From NCBI GenBank assembly GCA_048938105.1, contig JBHLMN010000022.1:32001-96000 (forward strand): a DNA stretch of 64,000 nt, in the 5' to 3' direction. Position 1 is the stretch's first letter, and each line of letters begins with the position of its first letter. Shown one piece after another: positions 20,970 to 32,600 of this stretch. The translations under genes and the position numbers were made by a program. Origin of the DNA: Promethearchaeota archaeon (GTDB lineage: Archaea; Asgardarchaeota; Heimdallarchaeia; Hodarchaeales; Hodarchaeaceae). Under the pieces are notes generated by a model. That model was not told the DNA's origin. It ran no database searches and saw only the letters and a list, made by a program, of their open reading frames with translations.

Positions 20970-21458
20970 TTAAATATTCTGTTCCCGAAGTTTAATGATT
21001 TTTTCCTTAAATTCTGGATCCACTGGATTCAAAATAGGGATGATTTCTAAGTTCCCACGAAAATCACTGTCAAAAGTAATAAACGACTTAACCTGGGAAG
21101 CTAAGGCGATAGCTGCATGTAACGCATCAGCTGCGTAAAGATTGTGGTCAAAAATTTGTTTTCGGGATGCCATGATAGCAGATCGTGTTACAGGGATTAT
21201 CTTTAGCACTTTTTCTTCAACCATTTCTCCGAGTTCAGAGAGGAAGAAATCCAAAGCTAATTTTGCAGCTTTTTCTTCAATCTTCCCGAGATTGGCTTGT
21301 TTTTTTAAAGCACGAAACATTTCAAGTATAGTCCATTCACAAGTAATCCCCTGAAAGTTAGGAGTCAATTGATTAAGTAACCAGTCTGCAAGAGCATTAT
21401 TTTCAACAGGACAGTAGGCATTATAAAAAATATTTGTATCTAAATACACCCCCATCAT
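20970..21458 (-). CDS. vapC: PIN-domain (VapC-like) toxin
   Basis: VYLDTNIF...E...LYAADALHAAIA...FITFDSDF acidic PIN motifs; overlaps upstream antitoxin by 4 bp. Confidence 0.88.
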   Translation of the reverse strand: MMGVYLDTNIFYNAYCPVENNALADWLLNQLTPNFQGITCEWTILEMFRALKKQANLGKIEEKAAKLALDFFLSELGEMVEEKVLKIIPVTRSAIMASRKQIFDHNLYAADALHAAIALASQVKSFITFDSDFRGNLEIIPILNPVDPEFKEKIIKLREQNI

Positions 21459-21691
21459 TCTTCTCCTCGTACCGATCGAATAACTTCAACTCCATCTTGA
21501 AACGGCCCCTTCTGTTTACTTTGCAGATATTCTTTCAATTCTTTACGGTTTTTAATTCCTAACTTGTCTTTAATATAAACATATATGCCGCCACGAACCG
21601 CTTCACTTCTAGAATTGATAATCCCGTCTTTTATCAGTTGGTCAATCCACTCTAAAAGCTCCTCATCAATAGAAATGGAGATACTTGTCAT
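21455..21691 (-). CDS. Ribbon-helix-helix (CopG/NikR-like) antitoxin
   Basis: ISISIDEELLEWIDQLIKDG..NSRSEAVR; directly upstream of the PIN gene. Confidence 0.85.
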   Translation of the reverse strand: MTSISISIDEELLEWIDQLIKDGIINSRSEAVRGGIYVYIKDKLGIKNRKELKEYLQSKQKGPFQDGVEVIRSVRGEE

Positions 21692-21881
21692 AATTGCACC
21701 TTAGAATTAGTACTATCTGAAATGCTATTATATTAATAATACAAAATCAGTATCATTAAAATGTTACTATTACAATTTAATTTTCATCTAAATCAGGAGC
21801 ATAGATCCTCGAACACTTAAATCAAGGAATAGCATTTGATTAGGCTTGGAAAAAATCCGTTTCTTGGGGCATCAATGAAAT

Positions 21882-21969
21882 GGATTAAATTGTTAAGTTG
21901 TAAGGGAGGATGTCTTGTAATTCTTGGATTTCGGCAATTTGAACCAGATTCACATGTATCAGGGGATTA
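21882..21969 (-). pseudogene. Remnant of the 3' end of the LRR gene (57573-57660)
   Basis: ggattaaattgttaagttgtaagggaggatgtcttgta...caggggatta aligns without gaps to 57573-57660. Confidence 0.85.
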
Positions 21970-22099
21970 CACTGAGGAAGTCAAGGAGTCATTCATTGAT
22001 CAATACAAGGATAGGATCGAGAGTACTAGCTGTGAATTAACAGATCTGTGCAATTAAACCCAAGTCCAAAGATGAATTTTCTACAGAAATCAGATTTTG

Positions 22100-24055
22100 T
22101 TATTTTCTTCTCTTGACAATTTCTTTATGTAGTATTAAAGCTGCAGTTATTAGTACAATGATAATCAACCCTCCAATAACATTACTAGGATAATTATTGG
22201 CATCTTTTCTTGTGCCACTGACACTTGTACTAGTAGATTCCCCCAAGCTTGTGATAATAGTCGTATAACGAGAATTATTGATTGTGAATGTATTGTCAGA
22301 TGTATCAACATTCCAGATCCCTTCAGCACAGCTCACATTCACTTTGATCAAATAGTTGGTACCATCCGCTACAGTAGTAGTATCCCAGACATACCAGGTA
22401 CTCGTATAACGCGATCCTAGCGTGACCCATGTAATCCCACTATCGAACGAATAATAAACGGAATAACTTACTGAATGACCCCACGAATCAATACAATCTG
22501 TCCATAGAATCATGATTCGGCCTGAAAATGTCTCTCCACCATTAGGATACAACACTGTCAGACCAACTATAAAGTGATTTTGAGGCCTATTCGAAGATGT
22601 GAGCGGATAGATATCTTGGTTATTCACTGAACCAGCAATATCATAGGGTTCATCTACAATACCATCAGTATCATTATCTGGGGTTGTCCAGTCATTCCAA
22701 AAGTTAAAGGTGAAAATGTTACTTGAGCCATTATCTGCTGCTTGAGACCCCGTGGCAATGTTTCCAGAAAAATCATTGAATAGGACTCTATTATTATAAG
22801 AACCACCTTGAAGAGAAACCCCATATCCATAATTATTGGTAATGGTATTGTTGGATATTATACCATTATCAGAGGATTCAAAGTTTATTCCGTAGCCGCT
22901 GTTATTCGCAATGATATTGCTAGACAAGGTACAACTGTCAGAGTCAGATATGCTAATTCCACTATCATCGTTGTTGGTAACATTATTATCGAACAGAGAA
23001 TTTTCAGTAGAAGATCTCAGAGAAAATCCAGTTTTATTGTTGCTAGCGATAGTATTGCCAGAAAATACATTACCATCTGAAAGATAAACTAGAATTCCAG
23101 CCCTGTTGTTATTACTGATGGTATTACCAGATAAAATGTTAGAAAATGAAAGATCAAGACGAATTCCGTCCTCTTTGTTATTGACAACGGTATTGTTAGA
23201 GATTCTAGCTGTAGAGGTGGCTAGACTAATTCCAGTTTCGTTGTTGTGAGCGACAATATTTTCAGATATAGCAGCATTATCAGTGTTAAAAAGGCTAATT
23301 CCAATTTCGTTGTTGTGAGCGACAATGTTTTCAGATAAAGCAGTATTATCAGAGTTAGAAAGAGTAATTCCATCATCACCGTTGTTGTTGATGATATTGG
23401 TGGATAAAAGATTGTTAAAAGAGTTAGAAAGGCTAATTCCTTCCCTTTGGTTATAGCTAATAGTATTATTGAACAAATGATTGTTAAAAGAGTCAGAAAG
23501 GTGAATTCCCTCCCAGTGGTTATTGTTAACAGTATTATTGAACAGAGTGATACGCCCAGAATGAAGAATGTCAATTCCTCTCACGTTGTTCTTGGTGATT
23601 ATATTATTGGATAATTGTCCATTTGTCACATTACCAAAATAGATACCATCTTGGCCCAGACAAAAAAAGCAGTTACTAATTCGAAAATGTATATTAGTAT
23701 CTTGAATATTTATCAAATTATTTTCAAAGGGGCCTGTAATATTAAGATTACAAATAAGAATAGGAGACGAGGGGGTGCCATTACCAGGCCAATTATTTAC
23801 TTTTGCTAGTGTAATGAAATGAGCATTCCCCTCAATCCAGATTGGAGAATGGGTTTTATATTGGGTTAAGACATACGAAGAGGTTCGAAGCTTGTTTACT
23901 GAAGCCGACCAGGCCAATCCGCATACTTCAGATCCAGAATAATTCCTTGATCTATCGAAAAACCAATAATAAACTGTCACGGGGTAAATTAAGATTAAAC
24001 TGACAAGACAGAACATACTAATCAGCGCGAAACTAGACTTACTAGCTCTTCCCAT
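22100..24055 (-). CDS. NosD beta-helix surface protein with PNGGE Ig-like module and TM anchor (paralog of 55410-57110)
   Basis: Signal peptide, HSPIWIEGN..WPGNGT module, NosD repeats, PSNVIGGL-TM-basic tail. Confidence 0.9.
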   Translation of the reverse strand: MGRASKSSFALISMFCLVSLILIYPVTVYYWFFDRSRNYSGSEVCGLAWSASVNKLRTSSYVLTQYKTHSPIWIEGNAHFITLAKVNNWPGNGTPSSPILICNLNITGPFENNLINIQDTNIHFRISNCFFCLGQDGIYFGNVTNGQLSNNIITKNNVRGIDILHSGRITLFNNTVNNNHWEGIHLSDSFNNHLFNNTISYNQREGISLSNSFNNLLSTNIINNNGDDGITLSNSDNTALSENIVAHNNEIGISLFNTDNAAISENIVAHNNETGISLATSTARISNNTVVNNKEDGIRLDLSFSNILSGNTISNNNRAGILVYLSDGNVFSGNTIASNNKTGFSLRSSTENSLFDNNVTNNDDSGISISDSDSCTLSSNIIANNSGYGINFESSDNGIISNNTITNNYGYGVSLQGGSYNNRVLFNDFSGNIATGSQAADNGSSNIFTFNFWNDWTTPDNDTDGIVDEPYDIAGSVNNQDIYPLTSSNRPQNHFIVGLTVLYPNGGETFSGRIMILWTDCIDSWGHSVSYSVYYSFDSGITWVTLGSRYTSTWYVWDTTTVADGTNYLIKVNVSCAEGIWNVDTSDNTFTINNSRYTTIITSLGESTSTSVSGTRKDANNYPSNVIGGLIIIVLITAALILHKEIVKRRK

Positions 24056-24666
24056 TCTCTTTCCCTATGAATTCATTCTATGAGTAAGAGAATATAAAGA
24101 TTCACTTAATTTACTGTATTTTTTTTGGGATTTCCTAATTGGAAAGGATTAAGATAAACCCAATTAGTCCAATACAAATTCACATCACATCGATAGCTTT
24201 TCTGTCAGTTAGTTTTCGCGTCTCTCATTTTCTACAATGAATTATTCCTTAGTTATAATAGCATTCTTTCTTCTTTCAAGGTTTAAGCAAGATGAAAGTT
24301 GAATTTTAAGGCGATTTTAATTTTATTGATACAGTCGTTTGACCAAGTTAATTTTATCAGTCGTCACCATCTTTATCTAGGTTTAGTTTTGATAATTCAA
24401 TGTCTGAATAAGATTAAAATATCGCGAAATCAGAATGACTACCAATCTTAGAACAAGTACCCCCAAATGAAAACCCAGACCACATACAGACTTATTTAAA
24501 GAGAAAGCAATCACAATTGACATTATCTTTTGCTAAACATAAAGCAATTTTAGATAGTAAAAATGTAATTTTATCATCCAATTGGACTTTAATACTAAAC
24601 TTCAATTAAAAAAGAGGAATAGTTTTATATGTGGAATTGAAAGGATAAGAAGTATTTTTTCACAAT

Positions 24667-25293
24667 ATGTTGTTAATGAGGATGGATAAGATGAGTAAGT
24701 TAAATAATGCAAAAAAATGGATAGATCCAGAAAAAACAGACATTAATTGGGGTACAACCCTCGTATGGTTACTCCTTATGATTTTTTTATGGGCAGTAGC
24801 ACTGATACAAATCTTTGAATGGGATATTGCCATTTCTTCGGAAATTTTTCTTATTTTAACTGGAGGAATTGGGTCATATTTCATTGGAAAAACAGCCAGT
24901 GATGCAGAAAAGGAAAAAAATCAGTACTACAACAAAACCGTTAAAACCACCTTTGGAATAAGGCCTAAACTAGCGAGAACATTGTTGGCTCTTTCTCTAA
25001 CTGTGATTTATCTTTATCTCCTAGCTTTAAAGATGACAACAGATGCAAGTTTAACAATTTTTATTGACCAAACAAAATATGAAACCATCAGCACATTATT
25101 TTGGGCTGTTGTGGGTTTCTATATTCCAACTTTCTACTCCTTACTCATGGGACACCGAGAGTTACCTGTCGATATCGAAACAAAAATTAGGGGCTTAAAA
25201 GATCAAGGAAAAGATGCAGGAGCCATACAGAAAAATTTAGCGGAAGAAAATATAACTGTTCCTTTGAAGATGATATCTCAGTATCTCGAATGA
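24667..25293 (+). CDS. Hypothetical four-TM membrane protein
   Basis: 208-aa ORF with two pairs of TM helices. Confidence 0.75.
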   Translation: MLLMRMDKMSKLNNAKKWIDPEKTDINWGTTLVWLLLMIFLWAVALIQIFEWDIAISSEIFLILTGGIGSYFIGKTASDAEKEKNQYYNKTVKTTFGIRPKLARTLLALSLTVIYLYLLALKMTTDASLTIFIDQTKYETISTLFWAVVGFYIPTFYSLLMGHRELPVDIETKIRGLKDQGKDAGAIQKNLAEENITVPLKMISQYLE

Positions 25294-25486
25294 ATAAAAC
25301 AATCATTACTATTATAGAAAATAGCATTTCAAGAGGTAGAAGTCTAGAAATTTAAAATATTCACAAGTTCCTGGTTATAAGTAATTATATCAAATTGGAA
25401 GTACAGTGGCTCTTGAAAGAATCATTCAAGGTGACTGGGAGGAATATCTCCAGAATAAGCTCCCCACTATATCAAACAAGTTATAT

Positions 25487-25700
25487 TAAACAGGACTTGA
25501 GAACTTGAATAAGAAAAAAGGTGTCGGAGTAATTCTATCTGTAATGGGGATTATTCTAATGTTTATTACTAGTTCTATAGAAAGAGAATTCTTTTCATTT
25601 GAACAATTTCTTTAGATATCATCTGGATTAATTGTGGGAATTGGTCTTTCTCTTCTTTTGAACTTTTCTTTATTCCAAAAAAAAGAAGGTAATTCTTAAT
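25487..25700 (+). pseudogene. Decayed duplicate of the small membrane gene 18530-18730
   Basis: Colinear with 18518-18731; GTG start changed to GAG, TGG changed to TAG. Confidence 0.85.
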
Positions 25701-25760
25701 AATAATAGTAGAAAACTCGGTGATAAGATCGCTGGAATGATGGTCATAAAAGATCATTAA
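25692..25760 (+). pseudogene. Remnant of RDD gene 3' end (42536-42604)
   Basis: tcggtgataagatcgctggaa...gtcataaaaga...ttaa shared with the RDD gene. Confidence 0.85.
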
Positions 25761-25772
25761 CCCCCAGTTATA

Positions 25773-25880
25773 GGAAAGATGACATAGGGTTACTCCTAGG
25801 AGGGGTCTCTCCAAGGAAGAATGCGAGATGAGGACTCACTCCACCTAAATATTGCATGAGTGCTTCTTTACTCATGAATA
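25773..25880 (+). repeat. ATPase 5' remnant plus boundary site, copy 5 (full dyad)
   Basis: CATGAGT(25855-25861)-GCTTCTTT-ACTCATG(25870-25876); followed by a short GTPase-3' fragment to ~25927. Confidence 0.92.
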
Positions 25881-26261
25881 TTTCAATTGAAATTCATATA
25901 TGGTCTTGTTTTTGTAATACCTCAATCTTTCTTTTCTTTCCTGAATCCATTCAGTGCTCCGTTAAAAGTTGGTGAGCTTTACGATAAGTTTTTTTGTTTA
26001 AAGATTACGCTATATCCTTTTTTTTAATCCATTGACTCTTGTTTTTTTAACTTCCAACTCCAAATACAATTAATACTCCCCCGAATCCTATAAGGAAGTA
26101 AGCTCTGAACCTCAGGATTATTTTGATGGGTTTCGTGTACTCAGAAAATAAGTAGCTAGAACTTGATTAGTCTAATTCTAGGTGAGGTTTTTAAAGTAGA
26201 AAAATGTCCGTAATAAAATAAAAGCTTGAAAAAACCAATTTGATATCATTTCGAGTAAGGA

Positions 26262-27653
26262 GTGAGAGTCTTCTCATTGAACAGAATCTATTTGTCATTC
26301 GTGGTAATGGTGAGTGTTTTAGCTACAATAATGGTTCAATATGATGACAGCTCGCTTAGTTGTGCTCAATGTGTACATTGGAAACAATCACTTCCCCCCA
26401 AGAATAATGACCTGATTTCTGCCTCCTCTGAGATTGAAAATGAACTTTATAATGTAACTTTTAGGAATAATAGTTCTTATGCAATAGAAGAAGGAAATTT
26501 GCTTATCTGTAATCAGTGTCAAGCACTTAACAAGAGTAATATCACTTTCACTGGAAATGGCACCCTTCTTATCAAGAATTCGTATCTTTATTATATTAAA
26601 TTATGGGAAGACCTAGAAATCAAGGTCATAAATAGCACCATAGAATTCACGGAGATTGGCGGACATTCTAACGCCTTGTATCAAAATGTCCATTGTCAGC
26701 AAATCTTCTCGGAGGGAAATGCGACTATTATATTGATAGATTCTAAATTGTTAGCCAATGGGGATTCTCCGATCCCTGGATCGCCTTCTAGTGGGGTTTT
26801 CTTCCAAGCACAAGACTATAGTCGAATAATCTCAGCGTTTGATAAGAAAAACTGGAGTGGTGGACTTTGGGGAAAACCACGGGCAGGTATTATTTGTTGG
26901 ATAAATGGTTTAAGTTATAATGAGACTGATACATGTTATTATTTGAGGGGGAAAGGGGAACATGGGGAATTAGTTAAATTCGCATTCTACTTAGAAAGTA
27001 TGAGTTATAGCAAAGTGTATATTTTTCTTGACAATGTTTTGGATTCGATGATAAGCATCCAGAAATGGAGAGGATCTTATCTATTTAATACATCAAAGTA
27101 TGAAAACAGGAAATATACACTAAGGATCGTTATAAATAATTCTCACGCTGAAAATTCAATAAGGTTGGAAGTCAACATTGATGATCATCTCCTTACACGG
27201 CCGACAATTTTGACCCCTAATGGTGGAGAAATTTTATCAGGAGACGCTAAAATTCGATGGGAACCTATTATTTGTTCTGCAGGGCATTTTGTCAGTTATA
27301 CCATATCTTTTTCTAGGAATGCAGGATTATCCTGGTGGATAGAGGAGTCAGGTATATCTGATAACATGTATGTTTGGGATACCTCCATTAGAGTCGATGG
27401 TTCAAACTATTTGATCAAAGTGAATGCGAGCTGTACTGATGACGCATGGGTAGTAGACACTTCTGATGGAATATTCCAGATCCAAAATACTCCTCCTCCT
27501 ACGATTACGATTACAAATCCCGGAAGAAGGATCTCTTCTAATACAATTATCGATGGTATTCCTGTTATGCCTAGCAATGTTATTTCAGGATTATTAATTC
27601 TGGGGATAATAATAACTGTGATAATTCTACGAAAAATGATCGATCGAAGATAG
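26262..27653 (+). CDS. Secreted surface protein with PNGGE Ig-like module and PSNVISGL-TM anchor
   Basis: Signal peptide; TPNGGE...NYLIKVNASC...DTSDG module shared with 9980, 22100 and 55410 proteins. Confidence 0.82.
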   Translation: MRVFSLNRIYLSFVVMVSVLATIMVQYDDSSLSCAQCVHWKQSLPPKNNDLISASSEIENELYNVTFRNNSSYAIEEGNLLICNQCQALNKSNITFTGNGTLLIKNSYLYYIKLWEDLEIKVINSTIEFTEIGGHSNALYQNVHCQQIFSEGNATIILIDSKLLANGDSPIPGSPSSGVFFQAQDYSRIISAFDKKNWSGGLWGKPRAGIICWINGLSYNETDTCYYLRGKGEHGELVKFAFYLESMSYSKVYIFLDNVLDSMISIQKWRGSYLFNTSKYENRKYTLRIVINNSHAENSIRLEVNIDDHLLTRPTILTPNGGEILSGDAKIRWEPIICSAGHFVSYTISFSRNAGLSWWIEESGISDNMYVWDTSIRVDGSNYLIKVNASCTDDAWVVDTSDGIFQIQNTPPPTITITNPGRRISSNTIIDGIPVMPSNVISGLLILGIIITVIILRKMIDRR

Positions 27654-28148
27654 ATATTCCAGCTACCTGGATCGATATATTCGTCATATCAACCCTCAAA
27701 GTGAGTACATAATCAGTAGTAAATCTCCCTCCAGTAAATATGTCCAAACCATTTATTCAGTAGAATAATTCCAATGAATGTGGATATGAATACATCCGTC
27801 ATGAAACCCAAAAAGATAATTGAAACCTTTTGATTAATATTTATCAAACTTCCAACCACTCTAGAATTTCTAGATTTCCCCCCATAAAAACCTTGATACA
27901 AATCTAATATAATACTAGTCTGGGATCTCTCGACTGGTAAGCTCCTCCTGACTCTCTCAGGGAAAAATAATAATGAACTTTCATCTATGAACAAATAGTC
28001 ATCCTCTAAGTAATAAGAATATTTACGATTTCAAGAAATTAACTACCCAAATATTTTAATAAGAGGAGAGGTCATTGATGTCATAGAAAATATATATCGA
28101 TAGTTATAATATTGATATTAATTTGGAGGAGATTTTATCTTAACGAGT

Positions 28149-29294
28149 TTGAAATGGAGTCGAAAACGTAATTATCGTAAATACAACGTTTTTCTTACCC
28201 TACGGTTAACTTTGACTATTTCATTCTTTATAACAATAACAGTAATTCCTTTAACAAGCATATTGAGCTACACTTCATCCAGTCTTATAACAATAAAAGA
28301 GCGTAGGTTTGAGGGAAATGAAGGAACAAGGATTACTACAAACTTGAACGATACTTTCTGGGAAAAAGGCCCCCCATTGCCAATCAATGATACAGGATAT
28401 GCTCATGCCTATAAGGGGAAAATCTATTTTGTTGGAGGAAAAGCAGTTCAAAAATACGATCCCTGGAAAGAACAATGGACAGTGATAAAACAAGAAGGCT
28501 TGGGTTATCACCCATTTAGCGGTGATAGTGCCTTAATAGGTGATAGAATTTATATGGTTCATGGATGGACTGATCGGAACACAACATATTATGATATATC
28601 ATCAAACTCCTTGGAAAGTTTTAGTCATCCGCAAAAAATGCGGTTAGATGTAGCTGTTGCCGCTGTCGATGATATTCTATATGTTTCGGGAGGATGGATT
28701 AGTGGAGGATCTGCTGTTAGAACAGTTGAAGCTTATAATCCTAAAACTGATAAATGGAGTTCGGTTCAGTCAATGAGTACTACTAGAAAGCAACACGAAA
28801 TGGTAGCTGCTGGAGGATTTCTCTATGTGATTGGAGGGTACAGTGGATCAGGATATAGAACTCGGACAAAAACAGTAGAAAAATATGACCCATCAACTGA
28901 TGAGTGGGAATATTTAGAAGATGTCCCAGCTTATTATACACAACATGGATCAACAACTACGCATGATGAAAGCATCATCATATCGAGTATCAAGAGGTCT
29001 ACCCATGTTTATAATTCTTCAGAAGAAAAATGGGTTCTAGGGCCAAGATATCCAGAACATTCAGGTATTATTTACTGGGCAAATTCTCTAACTTTTTTTA
29101 ATGGTAAAGTATATTCTATAGGATTGCGTGATTCACCAGGAAATTATTATAATTCAGTTTGGATAACCAAAATCTCTGAACCGACTGAATCAGAACCTCA
29201 AAGTTCATCTTTTGGCTCTCTAACGTTCATTTTTTCTCTGATTATCTTAGTTTTATTTGTAAATAAGTGTTTACGATCTAACGAGAAAACCTGA
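28149..29294 (+). CDS. Kelch-repeat beta-propeller protein, secreted/C-terminally anchored
   Basis: IYFVGG, LYVSGG..VEAYNP..DKW, LYVIGG..VEKYDP..DEW; N- and C-terminal TM. Confidence 0.9.
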   Translation: MKWSRKRNYRKYNVFLTLRLTLTISFFITITVIPLTSILSYTSSSLITIKERRFEGNEGTRITTNLNDTFWEKGPPLPINDTGYAHAYKGKIYFVGGKAVQKYDPWKEQWTVIKQEGLGYHPFSGDSALIGDRIYMVHGWTDRNTTYYDISSNSLESFSHPQKMRLDVAVAAVDDILYVSGGWISGGSAVRTVEAYNPKTDKWSSVQSMSTTRKQHEMVAAGGFLYVIGGYSGSGYRTRTKTVEKYDPSTDEWEYLEDVPAYYTQHGSTTTHDESIIISSIKRSTHVYNSSEEKWVLGPRYPEHSGIIYWANSLTFFNGKVYSIGLRDSPGNYYNSVWITKISEPTESEPQSSSFGSLTFIFSLIILVLFVNKCLRSNEKT

Positions 29295-29357
29295 TGTTAC
29301 TCACTGCTGAAAACTTGAATCCTTGAAGAGTTTCTAAACAAAAAATTATATGGCAGA

Positions 29358-29476
29358 TACTCAATCAGATTTCTTTCGCTTATCTTTAACATAAATTGCC
29401 AGGACTGCCTTCAACACCACGTTCGTCAATTTCAAAGAGCTCAACAGCTTTGAACCTTTTATAACCATAATTACGC
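29358..29476 (-). pseudogene. Remnant of NYN/OST-HTH gene 3' end (40712-40847) with small deletions
   Basis: tcaatttcaaagagctcaa and ttttataaccataattacg shared; includes the stop codon. Confidence 0.85.
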
Positions 29477-29518
29477 CAGTTATAGGAAAGATGGCATAGG
29501 CTTACTCCTAGGAGGGGT
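29476..29518 (+). repeat. 43-bp copy of the junction at 25764-25806 (ATPase 5'-derived)
   Basis: ccagttataggaaagatggcataggcttactcctaggaggggt, 41/43 identical. Confidence 0.85.
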
Positions 29519-29646
29519 ACTATTAACAATATTATGTAAAATAATTGTACCATAAACAATAAAAGTTTTCAAACAAAAATATATTAGGGATGGTGATCCA
29601 TAACTCAATAGCCTTTATATTATATGTGTCTTAGGAGGAAAAGAGG

Positions 29647-32600
29647 TTGAGATTTCTTCAACTGCGGATGACATTCAGTTTAGCTTGGCGAAACGTAACT
29701 AGATCTAGATATCGGAGCTTTCTCTTGATACTAGGCATTCTCCTCACAGTTGCTTTAGAAACAGGGATTGCAGTAAGTGTAGATACACTTTATGATGATT
29801 TTTTATTAGAAAATAGAAATAATAATTATACTGATATTACTGTGAATCCTGTAACTTGGCAAGATTCAGCTAGTTTAGAGGTGTTAGCAAAAGAAGTCCG
29901 TCAGATATCTGGAGTCTCTAAAGCTAGTCCAGCTTTGTTTTTGAGTGTTAATCAATTTATATCGCAGCAAGTGTCTCAAAATGTACTAGTATATGGGATT
30001 GATCCCAAGAATCACCCAGATATGGCTCATTTAGATCTAATTTCAGGATCAAGAACTCTCCAGAGTGATACGATTATTATTTCAGAACATTTATCTACAG
30101 TGTCAGGATTCCAAGTGGGGGACTCTGTTGATCTATCTTCTATAAGAGATGACCTTAATATTCTCAGAGTAACCATAGGGGGGATAATTTCAGATAAATC
30201 TTGTATTGGTAATAAAATAGGCTTTCTTTTCATCCTAGTTGATTTTCAGACTTTATTAAGAGTCATTCCAGAGGGATTGAGGTCTCATATCTTAATACAG
30301 GAGATAGATGTCTCAGTGAAAGATCTCTTAAGAATAAATGGAATAGCAGAGAAGATTGAAGATAAAGTGGGCCTAAACAATTATGTTTTCGTTGAGAAAG
30401 ATATTTCAGAAATTAAATCAGCTGGAATTCGTGCATACCAAACCGCCATGAATCTTGTGATCATAGCATCTTTTGTCGTAGAATTTTTATTCATTACTAA
30501 CATTCTAGCTATCGCTATTAAAGACAGGCAAAAAGAATTAGGTATTTTGAGAGCTACAGGAGCAAATTCTTGGCAATTCATCAAGTTTATAGGGGTAGAA
30601 GTTTTAATATACGCAATCATTGGGAGTACCTTTGGTATATTCGTTGGAATCGGGTTTTCTCAGATTTTAGTTGATTTCATGGACAACTATTATACAAGCA
30701 TTGAGTTTCAATCCATTTCATTACACTTTTCATCAATATTCGCAACTTTCCTGTCAGGAATTATCGTCGCCTTAATTTCAGGGCTTTACCCCATATTCTT
30801 AGCCCAAACATTACCTGTGGTTCAGAATATTCATTCACGGATGACAACAGCTAAATCTCATAATATTTTCACAGTTACAATGTGGAAATACACAATAGGA
30901 TCAGGAGTCTCTCTTGCAATTACTGCATTTATCTTACAGATCTTCATTGGCCCTTCTCGTTTTCTGGATTTTTCCCTTCTTTCCGCTCATTTTCTAACAG
31001 TTGTAATGATTTTTTCAGGGACTCTATTGATAGAAATAGGAATCCTGGCGTTTTTACCTCGAATTGCTATGAGAGTTCTTTTTTGGTTTGATATCATTAC
31101 ACGAACCATTTCAATTCGGAATATTGCTAGGGAATTTCAAAAATCGTTATTTACAATTATGACAGCTGCTTTAGCTCTAACTTTTATAATCATAGTAGGA
31201 ACAGTATCTGCAGCAATCATTGAAGAAGTTCCCGATTATTTTCAGAGTCAATGGGGAAGCATCGACGCAATAGTCGAGGCACGAGATGACAATCTCCTTC
31301 CCATCAATAGTACTCAGCTTCTTGAGAAACGAGGAGTCATTGCCAAAGCTGCCTTTATCCAAGAAACACGGACTCAAATAGACTCAACAAATGGATATAT
31401 CTATGGTGTTGATCCCACTCAATATAGCTTTTTTGCTGAACCCATATTAACCTCAGATTATGATCTACCATCATATTTAATCCTAAATGCATCAACAACA
31501 AACACAATTAATGGCTTAGTCTCTCAGATTCTCTTTCAACAGTTACGTTCGCCGTTAGGATCTAGCGTCTTAGTCAAAATAGCTGATAATAGTACAGTAA
31601 ATGTTACTCTGGCAGCAGTCATCAAAGCAAATATCTTCCTTGGAAGTGGAGAGTACTTATATATTAGTTCCGGTCATTTCCAAGATTATTTCAATTCTAC
31701 AATGGCTAAATGGTTTTTATGTAAACAAAGTGGTGAATCAGCTTCCATTGAGGGAGCTATTAAACTTGCTCTTCCAGAGATAAAAGAAATCACAATGATT
31801 AATTCCATTGCTGAACTTGTGGAAGAAACATTGCTATTTCAATCGGCTATTTTTCAGGTTTTGTTTATAGAATCATTTGTTCTTGCAGCAATCGCCCAAT
31901 TTGTTTGTATTCTCATGTCTACTTTACGTATGGAACGAGAAATGGGTATTATGCGTAGTCTTGGATTATCGAAAGAAAAAGTGTTTTCTATTTTTATGTG
32001 TGAATCAACTGCTTTAGGTATTACATCTCTAATTGTTGGATTTTTAGATGGTTTCTTGGGTTCAATCCTTCTAATATGGTATATTTCTCAAAGTATTCCA
32101 ATTACATTCTATTTACCTCTCGAACGCGTTGCATTTTGGGTTGGTGTTTCATTCTTAATTACTATAGCAAGTACAATTGTACCTTCTTATCGTTCAAGTC
32201 AAAAAAATGTAGTAGCAACTATATATGGAAGACCAATGAGAAAGAGCTATATAGAAAAAATCGAAGAACCAATTTTCTTTGAAGAAGAGGAATTATTACC
32301 TCAAAGGAAGAGGAAAGAGGTACTCACAGTATATGATGAACCTAAAGAATATCAAACCTCCTTCCAAATCGGAAAAAGCTTACTGAAGGCTAATAAACAA
32401 AAAATTAGGAATATCTTTGTTGTGTTATTGGCAGTATGTCTTTTAAATTATATTTTAGATTCTTATCTGCCTCACAGGGGCCTCATTCCTTTTGATTTGA
32501 TTACTTCATCTTTTTTCTCTGGAGGGGATTTTATGTTTCAATATTATAGCATAAGAAAAAGATACCTGATTTTACTTAATCCTCTTCTTTTTTTCATGGG

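Noticed and set aside
21726-21741. TATTAT-ATTA-ATAATA palindrome upstream of the antitoxin as an operator
   Set aside because: Plausible but all A/T, so chance occurrence is likely
24189-24212. 24-bp match to the GTPase remnant
   Set aside because: Too short to separate from chance without a statistical test
27713-27994. 93-aa ORF (and 33191-33385) as genes
   Set aside because: No recognisable motif or Shine-Dalgarno; may be further gene debris
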